64,000 nt of DNA from Amoebidium appalachense (GCA_963693365.1 CAVNZM010000003.1:3481106-3545105); one strand, 5' to 3'; positions 1 through 13,208 are shown, counted from the stretch's first letter. Made by a program: numbers and translations. Notes: generated from the sequence alone by a model not told the origin.

Positions 1-900
1 TTGTTGGCACCCAGACCATCAGACGTGAACCAGACAGACGTAAATACGACAGAAGAACCGCCACCTCCATCTCAACGTAATCTCCGTCCGTTGGCACCCC
101 GAACACCAAACGAAAGCCCGATCCAAGAGGAAAGAGAGGAACTCCAACCGGAAAACGGAAAAAAGAAGAAGGGAGTTAGCCTGTGTGACGTGTGTCAGTT
201 CGAAACCACAAGCCAGTCAGTCATGGATAGGCATGTTGCCACACATACGATGAAGACTAAGATTTCATGTGCACCCACACTGGATGCCGCAAGCTGTTTG
301 CATCGGAAGAGCAACTCGAGAAACATATGCAAAGACACGAAACTTTTGTGTGTGCTAGCGAGGGTTGTGGTTACGTCACTTCGAGACGGAGCGAATTCAT
401 CATTCACGAGTGAAAACACACGGGGGAGAAGCCGTTCACTTGTGAGCATCCAGGGTGTGGTGGGCGGTTTGTGTCGCTCGGTTCTATGCAATGCCACACC
501 AGGATTATGCATTCCGATCTTCCCATCGAACGAAAAAGGCCTTTTGCATGCACCCATGAGGGGTGCCTATTTAGGTCGCACGGCAAGAAAATGTTGGAAG
601 ACCACATGTGGTCGCACACAGGCGATAAGCCGTTCCCGTGCCCGTTCCCCGGTTGTTCGGCGAGATTCGGCACCAAGACTCAGAGAGGACGCATACGCAA
701 AGGCACCTTGGAACGAAGAATTGACATGTCCAATTGAGGGATGCAGTTACGGGTCAAGTGTGAGGGCGGCAAGAGATGCGCATTTGAGAACACATACCGG
801 TGAGAGACCGTTCGAGTGCCATCAGTGCGGGGCCAGGTTTCGGCATGCGAGTAATCTTACGGTGCATGGGAAGTCGCACAGGAAGGGTTTATTGAGAAGA
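1..900 (+). pseudogene. C2H2 zinc-finger array gene, copy A (5' end outside window), frameshifted
   Basis: Colinear with the intact copy at 11143-12540 (NQTDVNTTEEPPPP, CDVCQFE..MDRHVATH, HTGERPFEC). It has a frameshift near 260, a CGA>TGA stop at 411-413 and further frameshifts at about 680-720. Confidence 0.9.
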
Positions 901-1276
901 ATTGGACGACATGGGGGTGCACATGTGCGCTTCACTGTGTAAAATGAAGGGGGGGGGGGGGGGGGGGGGAGGGATGGATGGCTATAGCTACGCCGTATAC
1001 GTGCTACTATTTAACGACTAGACCGACATGTGAGTGCTTTCTGAACAATATCCAAGGCCTGGGAGTGGGGCCCTCGCGTTGGATTCGATCAATATCGTTG
1101 ATTTGTGAGAAGTGGATGGGACTCGAGGGAAAACCGTAGTACTAATATTTAATACATAGTGTGTTTAAACAAAACGTAAAAGGCCTCATAGAGGCTTGCT
1201 TCACCGGCGTCACCACAAGGCTTTTGTTCAGTCACTCTTGTTTTCCATCAGTTTTATCGTGACCGTTGGTATACGC

Positions 1277-1949
1277 ATCATGGATAGGGATGTTGCCACC
1301 CATACGATGAAGACTAAGGATTTCCGAAGTGCACACACACTAGATGCCGCCATCGGTTTGCATCGCAAGAGCAGCTCCAGAAACACATAAAAAGGCACAA
1401 AACGTTTGTGTGCGCCATCGAGGGTTGCGGTTACGTCACATCGAGACAGAGCGAGTTCATCATTCATGAGCGAAAACACACGGGGGAGAAGCCGTTTACT
1501 TGTGAGCATCCTGGTTGTGGTGGCGGTTTGTGTCGCTTCATTCTATGCAACGCCACGTCAGGACTTTGCATTCGGATCTTCCCATTCCCAAACCCTTTGC
1601 ATGCACCAAGGAAGGGTGCCTGTTCAGGGCACGCCAAAAGAGAGAGTTGGAAGACCACATGCGCACGCACACAGGCGAGAAGCCTTTTCCGTGCACGTTC
1701 CCTGAATGTTCGGCGAGATTCGGCTCCAAAGCTCAGCAGAGGTTGCATACGCAAAGGCATATGGGAACAAAGAAATTCACATGTTCATTTGAAGGATGCA
1801 GTTACAGGTCAAGTGACAAGACGTCGAGGGATGCGCACCTAAGGAGACATACCGGGGAGAAACCGTTTGAGTGCAAAGAATGCGGGGCCAGGTTTCGCCA
1901 CTCGAAAAATCTTCGGGTGCACGAGAGGGCGCACAGGAAGGGAGGATGA
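1277..1949 (+). pseudogene. 5'-truncated C2H2 zinc-finger array copy A2
   Basis: Homology begins inside finger 1 (catggatagggatgttgccacccatacg). Fingers are split over frames (ORFs 1408-1842 and 1515-1949), HTGEKPF linkers are present, and it ends RKGG-stop. The N-terminal half is missing. Confidence 0.88.
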
Positions 1950-2962
1950 GAAGGCAACATGGACTACATGTGAGTGGTGCATGCCGACCATGCGCCGACC
2001 CATCGAGTGCACCACTGTGTGTATGTTAATAGGAGTTGCACGTATAGGCCGTTTAACGGTTGCAGACTGTGGATTTGGTCGTGCGAAAAGAGGACACTAC
2101 GAGGAAGGGGGAGGAGGGGGAGGAGGGGGAGCTGCTTCTGGAACATAGATGGCAGTTACAAGGTCTTAGGGGGGGTTTCTATAAGGCCACATTTATTGGT
2201 TCTTTAAAGTCAAGCAGGCCAACTATTATGGCATGGAACCATTTGAGTCTGACCCGACCCGGAAACCTAGAAGGAATCCCCTGTAGTAATAAGGCATTTT
2301 CTCCCTGTACCACAAACAGTGTTCTTTCTTTTTGTGGTTTCACAAGGTACAGTTCCAAACATGACATCGTTTCCAATAACATATTTGCTTCTGGAGGGAT
2401 GCATGGTCCCCATTTATAAATGCTCAAAAGAACAAGAGGGGGACAAGGCTTTGAGTGTTTCATTGGCAAGGCATGTGTGAATTTTAAGTGGGCCCTCATA
2501 AGAGTTTAATCGTAATACTTGAAAAGTATTACGAGAGCGCACAAAGGAGAGCACAGATCTAATTTTTATTGGACCAGCTTGCTTTTAAAGTGTTAAAATA
2601 ATGCTCAAGGATATATCTTCTCTGAACGGCACCAGTGAGGCTGATTGGTGAGAGTTGCTGCTTTCATTCATTGTTCTGCAGGTCTCTTGAAATTTTTGCT
2701 TTCACGTGTGTATGTGTTGTGTCTGTGTATGTGTGTGTGTGTGTGTGTGTGTGTTTGTATGTGTGTGTGTATGCACGTACGAGTGTGTTTGTGTCGCGTG
2801 CGCACGCACATGTCTGTGTATAGGTCTTGCGCAGGAGAGGGGGGGGGGAAGGAGCCGTGTCCGAACATCCTGGGAGTCTGGGGTGGGGGATAATCCTTAA
2901 AGATGTCCGGACACTTCTTCTCCACCCCCCCCCCCCCCCCCCCCCCCCCCCCAACTTCCCCA

Positions 2963-3390
2963 CACACACACATACACACACACCACCCCTCGAGCCCGGG
3001 CCTTTGGTTGCCACTTTGATAACACTTCCGAACATATTTATGTGTACATCAAGGCCTCATAGGAGGCCTTGGCGTACATACATGCTCTTGGGCACACAGG
3101 CACCCCACACCCTCGGATACATTACAGCCATCTATCGATATCAAATTTGCACCGTGTGCGGTACCTATGCCGAAGTTCTACACACACACATACACACACA
3201 CCACCCCTCGAGCCTGGGCCTTTGGTTGCCACTTTGATCACACTTCCGAACATATTTATGTGTACATCAAGGCCTCATAGGAGGCCTTGGCGTACATACA
3301 TGCTCTTGCGCACACAGGCACCCCATACCCTCGGATACATTACAGCCATCTATCGATATCAAATGCGCACCGTGTGCGGTACCTATGCCT
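2963..3390. repeat. Near-perfect tandem duplication (about 218 bp unit) in the 3' flank of a ZF unit
   Basis: caccacccctcgagc...cggtacctatgcc occurs starting at 2981 and at 3199 with few substitutions. Confidence 0.9.
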
Positions 3391-3619
3391 ATTCTACATG
3401 TGTACATGCACAAAGGTACACTAAGGCTTACAATGCGTGCTAATTTAGAATATAGCGATATTTGCTACCGTTGCACATGCTCAGGCTAACCCATTAATTT
3501 TTCCCTATCACATATTATGTGTCGAGAGGATTACCACTAGAATGTATATATGCTATGTAGTTCTCATTTCTTCGAAGATCTGTCCCCATGGACATGCAAT
3601 GTAACGGATATGAGGCTTT

Positions 3620-3751
<132 letters not shown>

Positions 3752-4389
3752 TGTAAATGTTTGTAGGAGTGTGTGAGTGAATGCATGCGAGTGAGCGAGA
3801 TTAATGATTACGTGAGTGAATGAGTGAGTGTGTGGATGGGTGGATGGGTGAGTGAGTGAGTGTGTGGGTGAGTGAAAAAACGAGTGAATGGGTGAATGGG
3901 TGAATGTGTGTGTGTGTGTGGGTAAAGGGGGGGAGGGGTTTGGGGTTAGTTTTCCAAAACATTGACATCTCACCGTATCCCCCCCCCCCCCCCCCCCCCC
4001 CCAGGAAAAGAAAAGTAAAAATAAAAATAAAAAGGGAAAGAAAAAAGCCAAACTGATAAAAAACAGTATACCCGACAAACCCCCCCCCCCCCCCCCCCCC
4101 CCGCGGGGATGACTTTCCCGACTTTTGGACCCATCTGAAAGACCCTTTATCAGTCCGTCATCGCATCTCTAAAGCGTGCTCAGGGAGCTGTGTGGCCCCT
4201 TTCTCTTTCCTATTCTCTGTTCCTTTTGCTTTTTTGTGCCGTCTTGCATGTGTTCTTTTCTTTTTCTCAAGCAAACGCAACCAACATCACATCGTCAATG
4301 CCCTCATTCCCCCCTTCCCCCCTTCCCCCCTTCCCCCTCTCCCCAAAAGACCGTCGAACACAAACAAACACACACACAGGCATACACAC

Positions 4390-4512
<123 letters not shown>

Positions 4513-5147
4513 TCACACACTCACTCAAACACGTACATACACACCAGCACACACACACACACAAAAAACGCCCCCCCCCCCCCTCCCCCTTCTCCCCCCC
4601 CCCCTCTCTCCCTGCCCTCCCCTCCCCCCCCCTCCCCCCCCCCCCACCCACCCACCCACCCACACACACACACACACACCTACCCACCACCACCACCACC
4701 ACCACCAACCCCTCACCTCCAAGAAACACACACACGCACATCAAAAATGAAGAAAGCTCACATTAATAAAAAGCAAAAAGAAAAGAAATAGGGGGAAAGG
4801 GAAACAAAGAAAAGCAGCTTCAATACCCTCGACTCCAATTCCGCTGAGTACACTTCATTTTTTCATTTCTTTGTTTCTTTCTCTCTCACACACACTCTCC
4901 TTTTTTGTTTTCCCCCCTCCCCCCCCCCTCTCCCCGCCCCCCCCCCCCCCCCCCCCCCCCCTCCCCCCCGCCTCTTCTCCCTTCCCTTATCACACAGACA
5001 ACCCTCCCCCCCCCCCCCCCTTCACCCTGACCCGATCTTCCCTGTCATTCCATCTCCCCCCCCCGCCCCCCCACCTACACACACACACACACACACTCTC
5101 TCTCTCTCAATTCCACCCTCCCCCCACTTCTCCCCCCCCCCTCCCCC

Positions 5148-5178
<31 letters not shown>

Positions 5179-5189
5179 AACAAAAAAAC

Positions 5190-5429
5190 CTAAAATAGTT
5201 GATCTGTGCCGTATCCGACCAGCCATCAAAGTTTGGGTCCTTGCCGTGAGCAAAGATCCTGTCCCCGACCTGAAAATAGTTCTGCAAGGTTTGAATTTGT
5301 GTGGTTAGTCACTGGGGCAGAGCGCACAAAGCCAAAAGGTCACTGTTTGTTGCACACCATGTGATCTCCTTCTCTTACTGATTCCCTGAATGCACACGTG
5401 TGTGCACGCACGAACCCACGCAAGACACA

Positions 5430-5490
<61 letters not shown>

Positions 5491-6283
5491 ACCCACCCAC
5501 ACCCTCCCCTCCCCCCTCCCCCACTCACCCACCCCTCCCCCCACTCACCCACCCCCTTCTCCCCTTTCCCCCCATTCCCTCCCTCCTCTAACCCACACAC
5601 ACCCACACCCACCCTCACCCCCCACCCACACCCTCCCTTCTCCCCCCCCCTCCCCCCCCCTCCACACACACACACACACACACACACACACCAACCTGGG
5701 GCTGGCTCTTCAACCTCTCCACTGCTCCAGGCATGATGTAGTCTGATTGGTTTGGGGTCACGGTCCACGGATGGTCGACGGCAACGTGGTTGGGCACAAA
5801 ATCTACCACAGCCCAACATTCCACATCCGCCCTCTCAGCCGAATGAGAGCCACGTCGCCGCCAAAGTCTGTGTGCACCGTATATCCTGTCTAGGGGCATA
5901 TGCGAATTTTCAAGATTTTGGTATAGCTAAATATATCGGCAAAAGCGCTTGATTGTTTTTCCTGGATTAGTGCCTTAGTGCCAATATGCCGTCCGTCTCC
6001 CTTAGCTTCTTGGGTGTTGTTTCGGTTGTTTCTTTTCTTTTTTTTGCCCCTTCTTTTTTCGTTTTTTTTTTCTTCCAGATTTGTTTGTTTTGTTTTGCCC
6101 TGTGGTGGGGGACCCCTGGGAAAAGGGGGGGGAAGGGGGGGGGAGAGGGGGGGGGTTGAGGGCCAGAGGCAGGGAGGGATAGGAGGGGAAAAGAAGGGGA
6201 GAACAAAGGAGAGAGATAGAAACTTCAGAAAATCACATATCCTGTTGCTGACTGCAGGCCAAACCTATATATGTAGCACATAT

Positions 6284-6325
<42 letters not shown>

Positions 6326-7304
6326 TGATGCATGCATAGCGGTTGGAAATCCTGAAAGAAAAAGACACTGGAAAAACCCACCGTGACAAAATCCCAAAAG
6401 ACAAAGTCAACACGATTAATCAGGCAGATGATACCCCAAACAGTTCGAAATCCATGGTGGGGAGGGGGGGGGGGGGAGGGGGGGGGGAAGGGGAGGGAGG
6501 GATTGAGGAAGGGGGGGGGGGGGGGGGGGGGGGAGGGGGGATGGAAGAGAGGGGAGGGGGGAGGGGGGAGGGATATAGGAAGGGCGGGGGGGGGGGGGGG
6601 GGGTGGGGAGGGGAAGAGAAGGGAGGGGAGGAAGGGGGGGGGGGGGGAGGGGGGGAGGGGAGGAGGGATTGAGGAAGGGCGGGGGGGGGGGGGGGGGAGG
6701 GAAGAGAGGGGAGGGGGGAGGGGGGAGGGGGGAGGGATTGAGGAAGGGCCGGGGGGGGGGGGGGGGGGGGGTAATGATCGTACCACAGCAAATGGGGAGC
6801 TGCATATCCAATCAGGAAGCACCTGGTCACCCATCTTGCGCTGAGACATTTCAAACCCTGTCTGCCCTGTCTGCCACACACCTACTGGCTTACAATTTCT
6901 CTTACTTCACTTCTACTGAAGAATATGATAGTTTGAGGAAGGATGGGTTGGGGTGAGGCGGGAGAGAGGGGGGGGGGGGGGGGGGGGAGCGAAGGGGGGA
7001 GGGGAGGGGGGGAGGAGGGACTATGCATTACATCGTCACAATCAAGGAAGCAAAAGCCTTCTGATATCACACAGATAAATACACAAAAGCGAAAATAAAA
7101 AAATGTGCACGTGTATGGGCGTGTGTTTGTGTGTGCTCGCGCGTGTGTATGCGTGTGTGTATGTGTTCTTGATTTTTTCTTTTTTTTGCCCTGATGTTTT
7201 TGTTTTTGTTTTTCTTTCTTTCTTTTTTTTTTTTTTTGTTTCGGTTCTTTCTTTCTTTCTTTCTTTCTTTTTTTTTTTTTTTTTTTGCTTGAAGGGACGG
7301 GGAA

Positions 7305-7336
<32 letters not shown>

Positions 7337-7957
7337 GGGGGGGGGGAGGGTGGTTGTTCACTGCTTACCGAGCATATACACGATGTCAAAGCCCAGGGTT
7401 CTAATTGATTGTAAGTAGCTGTCTGGGATGTCATCGAGTGTTGCTGCACGACCAAGGCACCGACCAACCTCACCTAGGACCACCCTGAAAAAGGAGAAGG
7501 GGAGGACGGGGGGGGGGGGGGGGGGGGGGGGGGGGGAAGGGGGAAGGGGGGGGGGAAGTGGGTGGGTGGGTGGGTGGGGGGGGGGGGGGGAGGGGGTGGG
7601 GGGGGGGGGGGGGGGGGGATGAAGGGGGGAGGGGGAGATAAGTCAACTTGTTAGGTGAAGTTAACTTTTCCTCCTCCTTTCTTGCTTTGAACTCTATTTC
7701 TTTTTTTTTTTTTTTTTTTTTTTTTTTGCGAGCCCCCCTATTCCTTGTTATTTCTGTAAGGGGGTTTATATGTCTGTTCTTTTTCAAAAGAATGTGAGTG
7801 GGAGGGGGGGGGGGGGGGGGGGGGGGGGGTATAATTTTTTTTTATCTGCCCCCTTGTACGGTTGCAAGTTTCGTTCGTTCTTTTTCTGCAAATATAATCA
7901 GAAGATCGAAATGCTTTGTGTGGGTGTGGGTGTGTGTGTGTGTGTGTGTGTAGATGG

Positions 7958-8009
<52 letters not shown>

Positions 8010-8805
8010 CTAGAGTGCAGTGAGGTCTGAGGTCTGAGGTACAGATTTGTGAAGGCTACAGGGCCACTGACGCAAACAACAAAACATCTGGCACGTACTG
8101 ACTGTGCCCCCTAGCCGATGCACGATAGAATCGACGCCGGCTCTATTTTCAAGGGCAGGAGAGGCACGTGACCAGCCGATCCCGCACCAGGATCAATCCC
8201 GGACCCTTGAAAAATAAGAGCTACCTCAGAAGGTAGCAGACAAAACACACACAGAGTATGCAATGTATGTGTATGTATGTGACTCTAGTTATGTTTGAAC
8301 CAACAGTGTGTGTGTTTGCGGTAGTGGTCGTGGAGGCACCAAGGCCCGGGGGGGAAAGGGGGGCGGGGGGAGGGGGGAGGAGGGGGGGGGGGGGGGGGGT
8401 TGAATGCGGAACACGGTACGAAGTATGCATACACGATGAGAAGCATGGTGCAGGACACATGCAAAGGCAAACATTCAAGTATGCAACATCAGCCATGCGC
8501 ACAGTATGCGTCATAAGCAGAGCCCATCGTCAGGGAGGGCCCAAGTCATCAATTGCGTCTGAGTTTCGACCCCTTAGCCCGCGTATATACGACTCTCCAA
8601 CTCAGACAGCAGCATCAACTGAACTTGGGAGGGTCAACCCGTCTTGATCAAAGACGAGCAGGGTTGCTTATGCAAGCAATTGCAAGGTGAGCAAAACGGT
8701 GTAGATGTGTGTGCAAATTAAAGCAGTGCAGCGAAAAATGTGTATGTGCTTACAGATGCACGACACAGAGCAACCATGGCCGGTTGCATGGAAGTAAAGC
8801 GGTCT

Positions 8806-8840
<35 letters not shown>

Positions 8841-9860
8841 ACAAAGACTCCTAGTGGCCTAGCTTGTGCTGAAGCCTGCATATGTGCATGTTGGGGAGAG
8901 TGGATGAGTGTGTGTGTTGGGAGGGGAGGGGAAGGGGAGAACGGGGAGAAAGAGGGGGGGCCGGGGGGGCGGAGAGAACGAATGGTGCATGCACTTGTGT
9001 ACAACGTATATTGGGGAAATAAACAGGGTTCCATAAGCGACCCAAAAAGAGTCAAAGCGAGAGTGTTGAGGTTTCAGGCACGTAGACCTGTAATGCATGC
9101 AGAACCTCAGTTCCCGCCCCAGATGTAAATGGTGTTGATGAACATGCACAAAAAAACAAAAAGTAAACAACAACCCAAGAAAAAGGCTCACACACATGCA
9201 ATATGTCAACCCCTTAAAGAACACAATAGAGTTAAAAAGTAGCCGCACGCTGCACCAGATCTGCACACAGCGCACCATGTGAAGGTGAACAGGATATATT
9301 GACCGCAATGAAAGAGAAGAAAACGAATCCTTATTTCCTTCCAAGTTAATGATTAAGGTCCAGGATTATCAGCGCACACGGAGCGAAAAAGACGGTAAAA
9401 AAAGGGTGGGACTAGGGGGAGGACGGGAGGGGGCTTGAGAGGGTGGGGGGGGGGGGGGGGGGGGGGGGGAGGAAGGGGAGGAGGGAAGATGGTTGTGCTC
9501 GGGGGGGGGGGGGGGGGAGGGGAGGGTCAAAAAGGATTTTTAATATCAGTGTAAATTGTAGCAGCTGGTAGGGCAACAGGCTGATTAAGGTGAATGCGAC
9601 GCATGAATGATGCCAGCATGCCAACTTACGATTCACTTGGAAAATAAAGCACTAGCCATTTACGAAGGTGCAACCGGCGCTGGGACGAGGAGGGGTGTAT
9701 GCGTCTCTGTGTGTGTGTGTTTTGTGGGAAGGGGGAGAGGAGGGGGAGGGGAAAGGAAGGCGAAGGGGGGGGGGGGGGGGGGGGGGGGTTGGGCACACCT
9801 GGTATTGATTTGGTAGAGAAGAGGCCAGGGAGGACATGGTGGCGGGGTAGCCGCAGTCAT
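5190..9860 (-). pseudogene. GH13 alpha-amylase-like gene, multi-exon, frameshifted and 3'-decayed. Exons 9799-9860, 7369-7484, 6784-6881, 5696-5889, 5190-5281; possible relic exon about 4125-4187
   Basis: GT-AG joining gives MTAATPPPCPPWPLLYQINTR|VVLGEVGRCLGRAATLDDIPDSYLQSIRTLGFDIVYMLG|VWQTG...SSPFAV|TGYTVHTDFGGDVALIRLR...(frameshift about 5808)...VDFVPNHVAVDHPW...|NYFQVGDRIFAHGKDPNFDGWSDTAQINY. DFVPNH is GH13 conserved region I. Exon 4 is 194 nt and out of frame, and no intact catalytic-Asp exon was found. Confidence 0.85.
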
Positions 9861-11142
9861 GTTGGAACAACTTGAATTGGTCTCAAGATGTTTGCTTGGT
9901 GCAAGAGGTTGGGACGGGACGCTAATAGTAGCCGGAGAGAAGTAAGGATCTGTGGCTTTAAGGGAATAGACATCCCTAAGAACTCGTAGAGTTTCTGACT
10001 GGAATGCGATATATAATTTTGTGAAAAGGGTGGTTTACCCAGAGTCTGCAGAGAAGTTTTCCTTTTTATGCGCAGTCAATGAGTCTGCACAGTCAACGGT
10101 TCAATGTCGCTGAGTGAATAAAATAATTTCGAAGCCTGGATTTTATTGCTATATTTGGTGTTCTGTGGCAGGGTTGGGCTGGGGTTGGCCAGCCTAACCG
10201 TATTGTCCTTTTGCCAATCGTAACGGACAGTTTCTTTATCGTAATGGGGGGGGTTCTTGGGGATCTGCAAGCCCAGCTCAAAACGCCCCTCCAGTCACAA
10301 AACTCAAAATACGCGTATTTACAAATTAAGTATCTCAAAATAACAAGCCCTGGACACTTGTCGGGGTTCGATATTGCTCATGAGAAGCGCTGTAGATATG
10401 TTCTTGAACAGAAATAATGAAATAATTAGGTACAGTTATATATTAGGGGCCTTAAAGCGTTTATAATGCTATACATATGACACGAAAGCTGTTACGACGG
10501 CACCCTAACCTTATTCGTATCGGGGTCTTTCGTTAATCGTAGTTACGACGATTTTTTTTCGTAATCCCGCCCCTGTTCTGTGGCTACATGTGATTCGTCC
10601 ATCTTTGAATAGATCTATTTTTCTATTTTTAGTAACACGTTCCGTGGTCTCCAAAACAAGCACGACGTTTGTCAGTGACCTCGAACGAGGACCCGCCAGC
10701 AACGCACATTTCAAAGTCCATGTTTTGGTCCATGTTTTGGTCATGAGAGTGTTACTATCATTCATAGTAACTTGGCGCATATATTGAGAATAAGAATAGC
10801 GCGCAGGTCGTTATCCTGAAGTTTCCTCCGTTTTCCGCTGGGTTTCTGAGGCTTGCTTTTTGATTTGCAGCGAAGAACGTCCACCACACATATGGTCGAC
10901 AATAGCCTCCTTTTTGCTCGGGTTCCATGATTGGTTATGTTAGTTTAACCATGCTTTAGGGGTTAACTGCAGCCTAGTCCATATTCTAGTGTTGTGTTGG
11001 ACTTTTTATCCACTACCCACGAAGTTCATACTGTTGTTATGTCTTGTTATCCCTTTATACACCCCACAATTTTTTCTTGCACCCTAGAACACCCGCACGG
11101 GATCCGTAACCAAGGGGTTTCGTACTTCTGCTCTAGTTGAAA

Positions 11143-12540
11143 ATGGCAAATATCCCCCTTGGCATCAGACCACCATGGGGGATGGTTTCGGGCATGCGTG
11201 CCATGCCCAAATACCTACCGCTCCCCAGATATCCCATCATGCAGATTCCCCCACCTGTCAGCGGGACAGTAGGAATGGCAGAAGGAGGAAGGAACGGGAG
11301 AAGGATAAAAGTGTGTCCGCACTGTAAGGGATGTGGTTTGGTAGAGGATGATGAGGGCATAAATGTCAATCCTAAAGAAGAAGGTCTCGAAACCGGCAGG
11401 CAAGTTGACGAGGACGAGTTGGGAAGCAACACTGGGGAGGAGAACGAAGAAGACGAGAGAGACACGTCAATGCAGGAAGACTCGGAGCGGGAGGGGGAGG
11501 AGAGGGAAGAGAAAAGCGAAAACGTGCACGGGGTTCAGCCTTTAGCGAAAACGTTCGTTCCTGTTGTGCAAGGGGGCGTTGGCACTTTTCCCTTTACACA
11601 CCCCATGTATGACCGGGGGGTTTTCCGTCCACCCAGGAGACCGCCACGGCCAAAACAGCCTAGCCTCCGTTTGTTGGCACCCAGGCCGTCACCAGGCGTG
11701 AACCAGACAGACGTAAACACGACAGAAGAACCGCCACCGCCGTCTCAGTCTAATTCCCGTCCGTTGGCACCCAGACCGGAGGAAATCCAAGTGGAGAAAG
11801 TAAACAAGAAGAAGGGAGTTAGCTTGATGTGCGAAGTATGCCAGTACGAATCCACATTCCAGTCGGTCATGGATAGGCATGTTGCCACTCATACGATCAA
11901 TGCGACGGATTTCATGTGCACACACGGCAGATGCCGCCAGAGGTTTGCGTCGGAAGAGCAACTCGAGAAACATCTTGAAAAGCACAAAACGTATGCGTGC
12001 GCTAGCGAGGGTTGCGGTTACGTCACTTCGAGACGGAACGAATTCATCGTTCACGAGCGAAAACACACGGGGGAGAAGCCGTTTACTTGTGAGCATCCTG
12101 GGTGCGGTGGACGGTTTGTGTCGCTCAGTTCCTTGCAATTCCACACCAGGAATATGCATTCCGATCTTCCCATCGAACGAAAAAGGCCTTTGGCATGCAC
12201 CTACGAGGGTTGCCTGTTCAGGACGCGCGGACAGAAAATGTTGGAGGACCACATGCGCATGCACACAGGCGAGAAGCCTTTCCCATGCACCTTCCCCGGT
12301 TGTTCAGCAAGATTCCGCACTACAACTCATCAGAGATCGCATATGCAAAGGCATCTGGGAACGAAGAAATTCACGTGTCCCTTTGAAGGATGCACTTACG
12401 GCTCAATTGACAAGGTGTCGAGGGATGCGCACTTGACAACACACACCGGGGAGAAACCGTTCGAGTGCAAAGAATGCGGGGCCAGATTTCTGTATGCGAG
12501 CAGTCTAAGGATGCACGTGAAGGCGCATAGGAAGGGGTGA
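11143..12540 (+). CDS. C2H2 zinc-finger protein (8 fingers), copy B, intact, 465 aa
   Basis: Single ORF from ATG 11143: Pro-rich start, KVCPHCKGCG motif, acidic tract, LRLLAPRP motifs, then 8 C2H2 fingers with three TGEKPF linkers. Confidence 0.93.
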   Translation: MANIPLGIRPPWGMVSGMRAMPKYLPLPRYPIMQIPPPVSGTVGMAEGGRNGRRIKVCPHCKGCGLVEDDEGINVNPKEEGLETGRQVDEDELGSNTGEENEEDERDTSMQEDSEREGEEREEKSENVHGVQPLAKTFVPVVQGGVGTFPFTHPMYDRGVFRPPRRPPRPKQPSLRLLAPRPSPGVNQTDVNTTEEPPPPSQSNSRPLAPRPEEIQVEKVNKKKGVSLMCEVCQYESTFQSVMDRHVATHTINATDFMCTHGRCRQRFASEEQLEKHLEKHKTYACASEGCGYVTSRRNEFIVHERKHTGEKPFTCEHPGCGGRFVSLSSLQFHTRNMHSDLPIERKRPLACTYEGCLFRTRGQKMLEDHMRMHTGEKPFPCTFPGCSARFRTTTHQRSHMQRHLGTKKFTCPFEGCTYGSIDKVSRDAHLTTHTGEKPFECKECGARFLYASSLRMHVKAHRKG

Positions 12541-13159
12541 TGAGATTAAATAGGCAAAATGGGAGTGGTGGTTGTGGACACACCTGTGTATCACTGTGCA
12601 TAATTTAAATGGAAAATACACGATAATGCTATGTTGTTGCAGTCTGTGGGTTCGGTAGGGGTTTGAAACAAAACGGTTCTGTCGTATGCTTGTTGTGTGA
12701 AACCGCTAGGAGGAAGGGAAAGGAGGGAGAGGGGGGGGGGGGGGGGGGGGGGGGGGGTTGGTTGCTCTTGGGACATAGGTTGAAGCTAGAATATTTTTAA
12801 TGGTATTTATGATAAAGCATTTCCTCCTAGCACTTCAGTATTGTTCCTTCGGTGGCTTCTCGAGGCACAGCAAACACCTTAGTCTCCGATATTGTATATA
12901 GTTAAATTGCTGTAAGGGATAAATGGTTTATGAACATATGCACACAGGAAGACGGGACAAGGTTTGTTGGCTTATTATGTTGGCCTCTCGTTGGCTTTTA
13001 ATAGTCGTAAGAATTTATGATCGAGTTTGTATTGGACAAGCTCTTTTTAAAAGCTAGATTGTTCTTAAGAGGCCTCCTTTCAACCGGGTTTCTGCTCCCT
13101 TCGTTGTTCTGCTGTTCTCGTGCAATTGATTTAGTGTGTGTGTGTGTCTGTGTGTGTAT

Positions 13160-13208
<49 letters not shown>

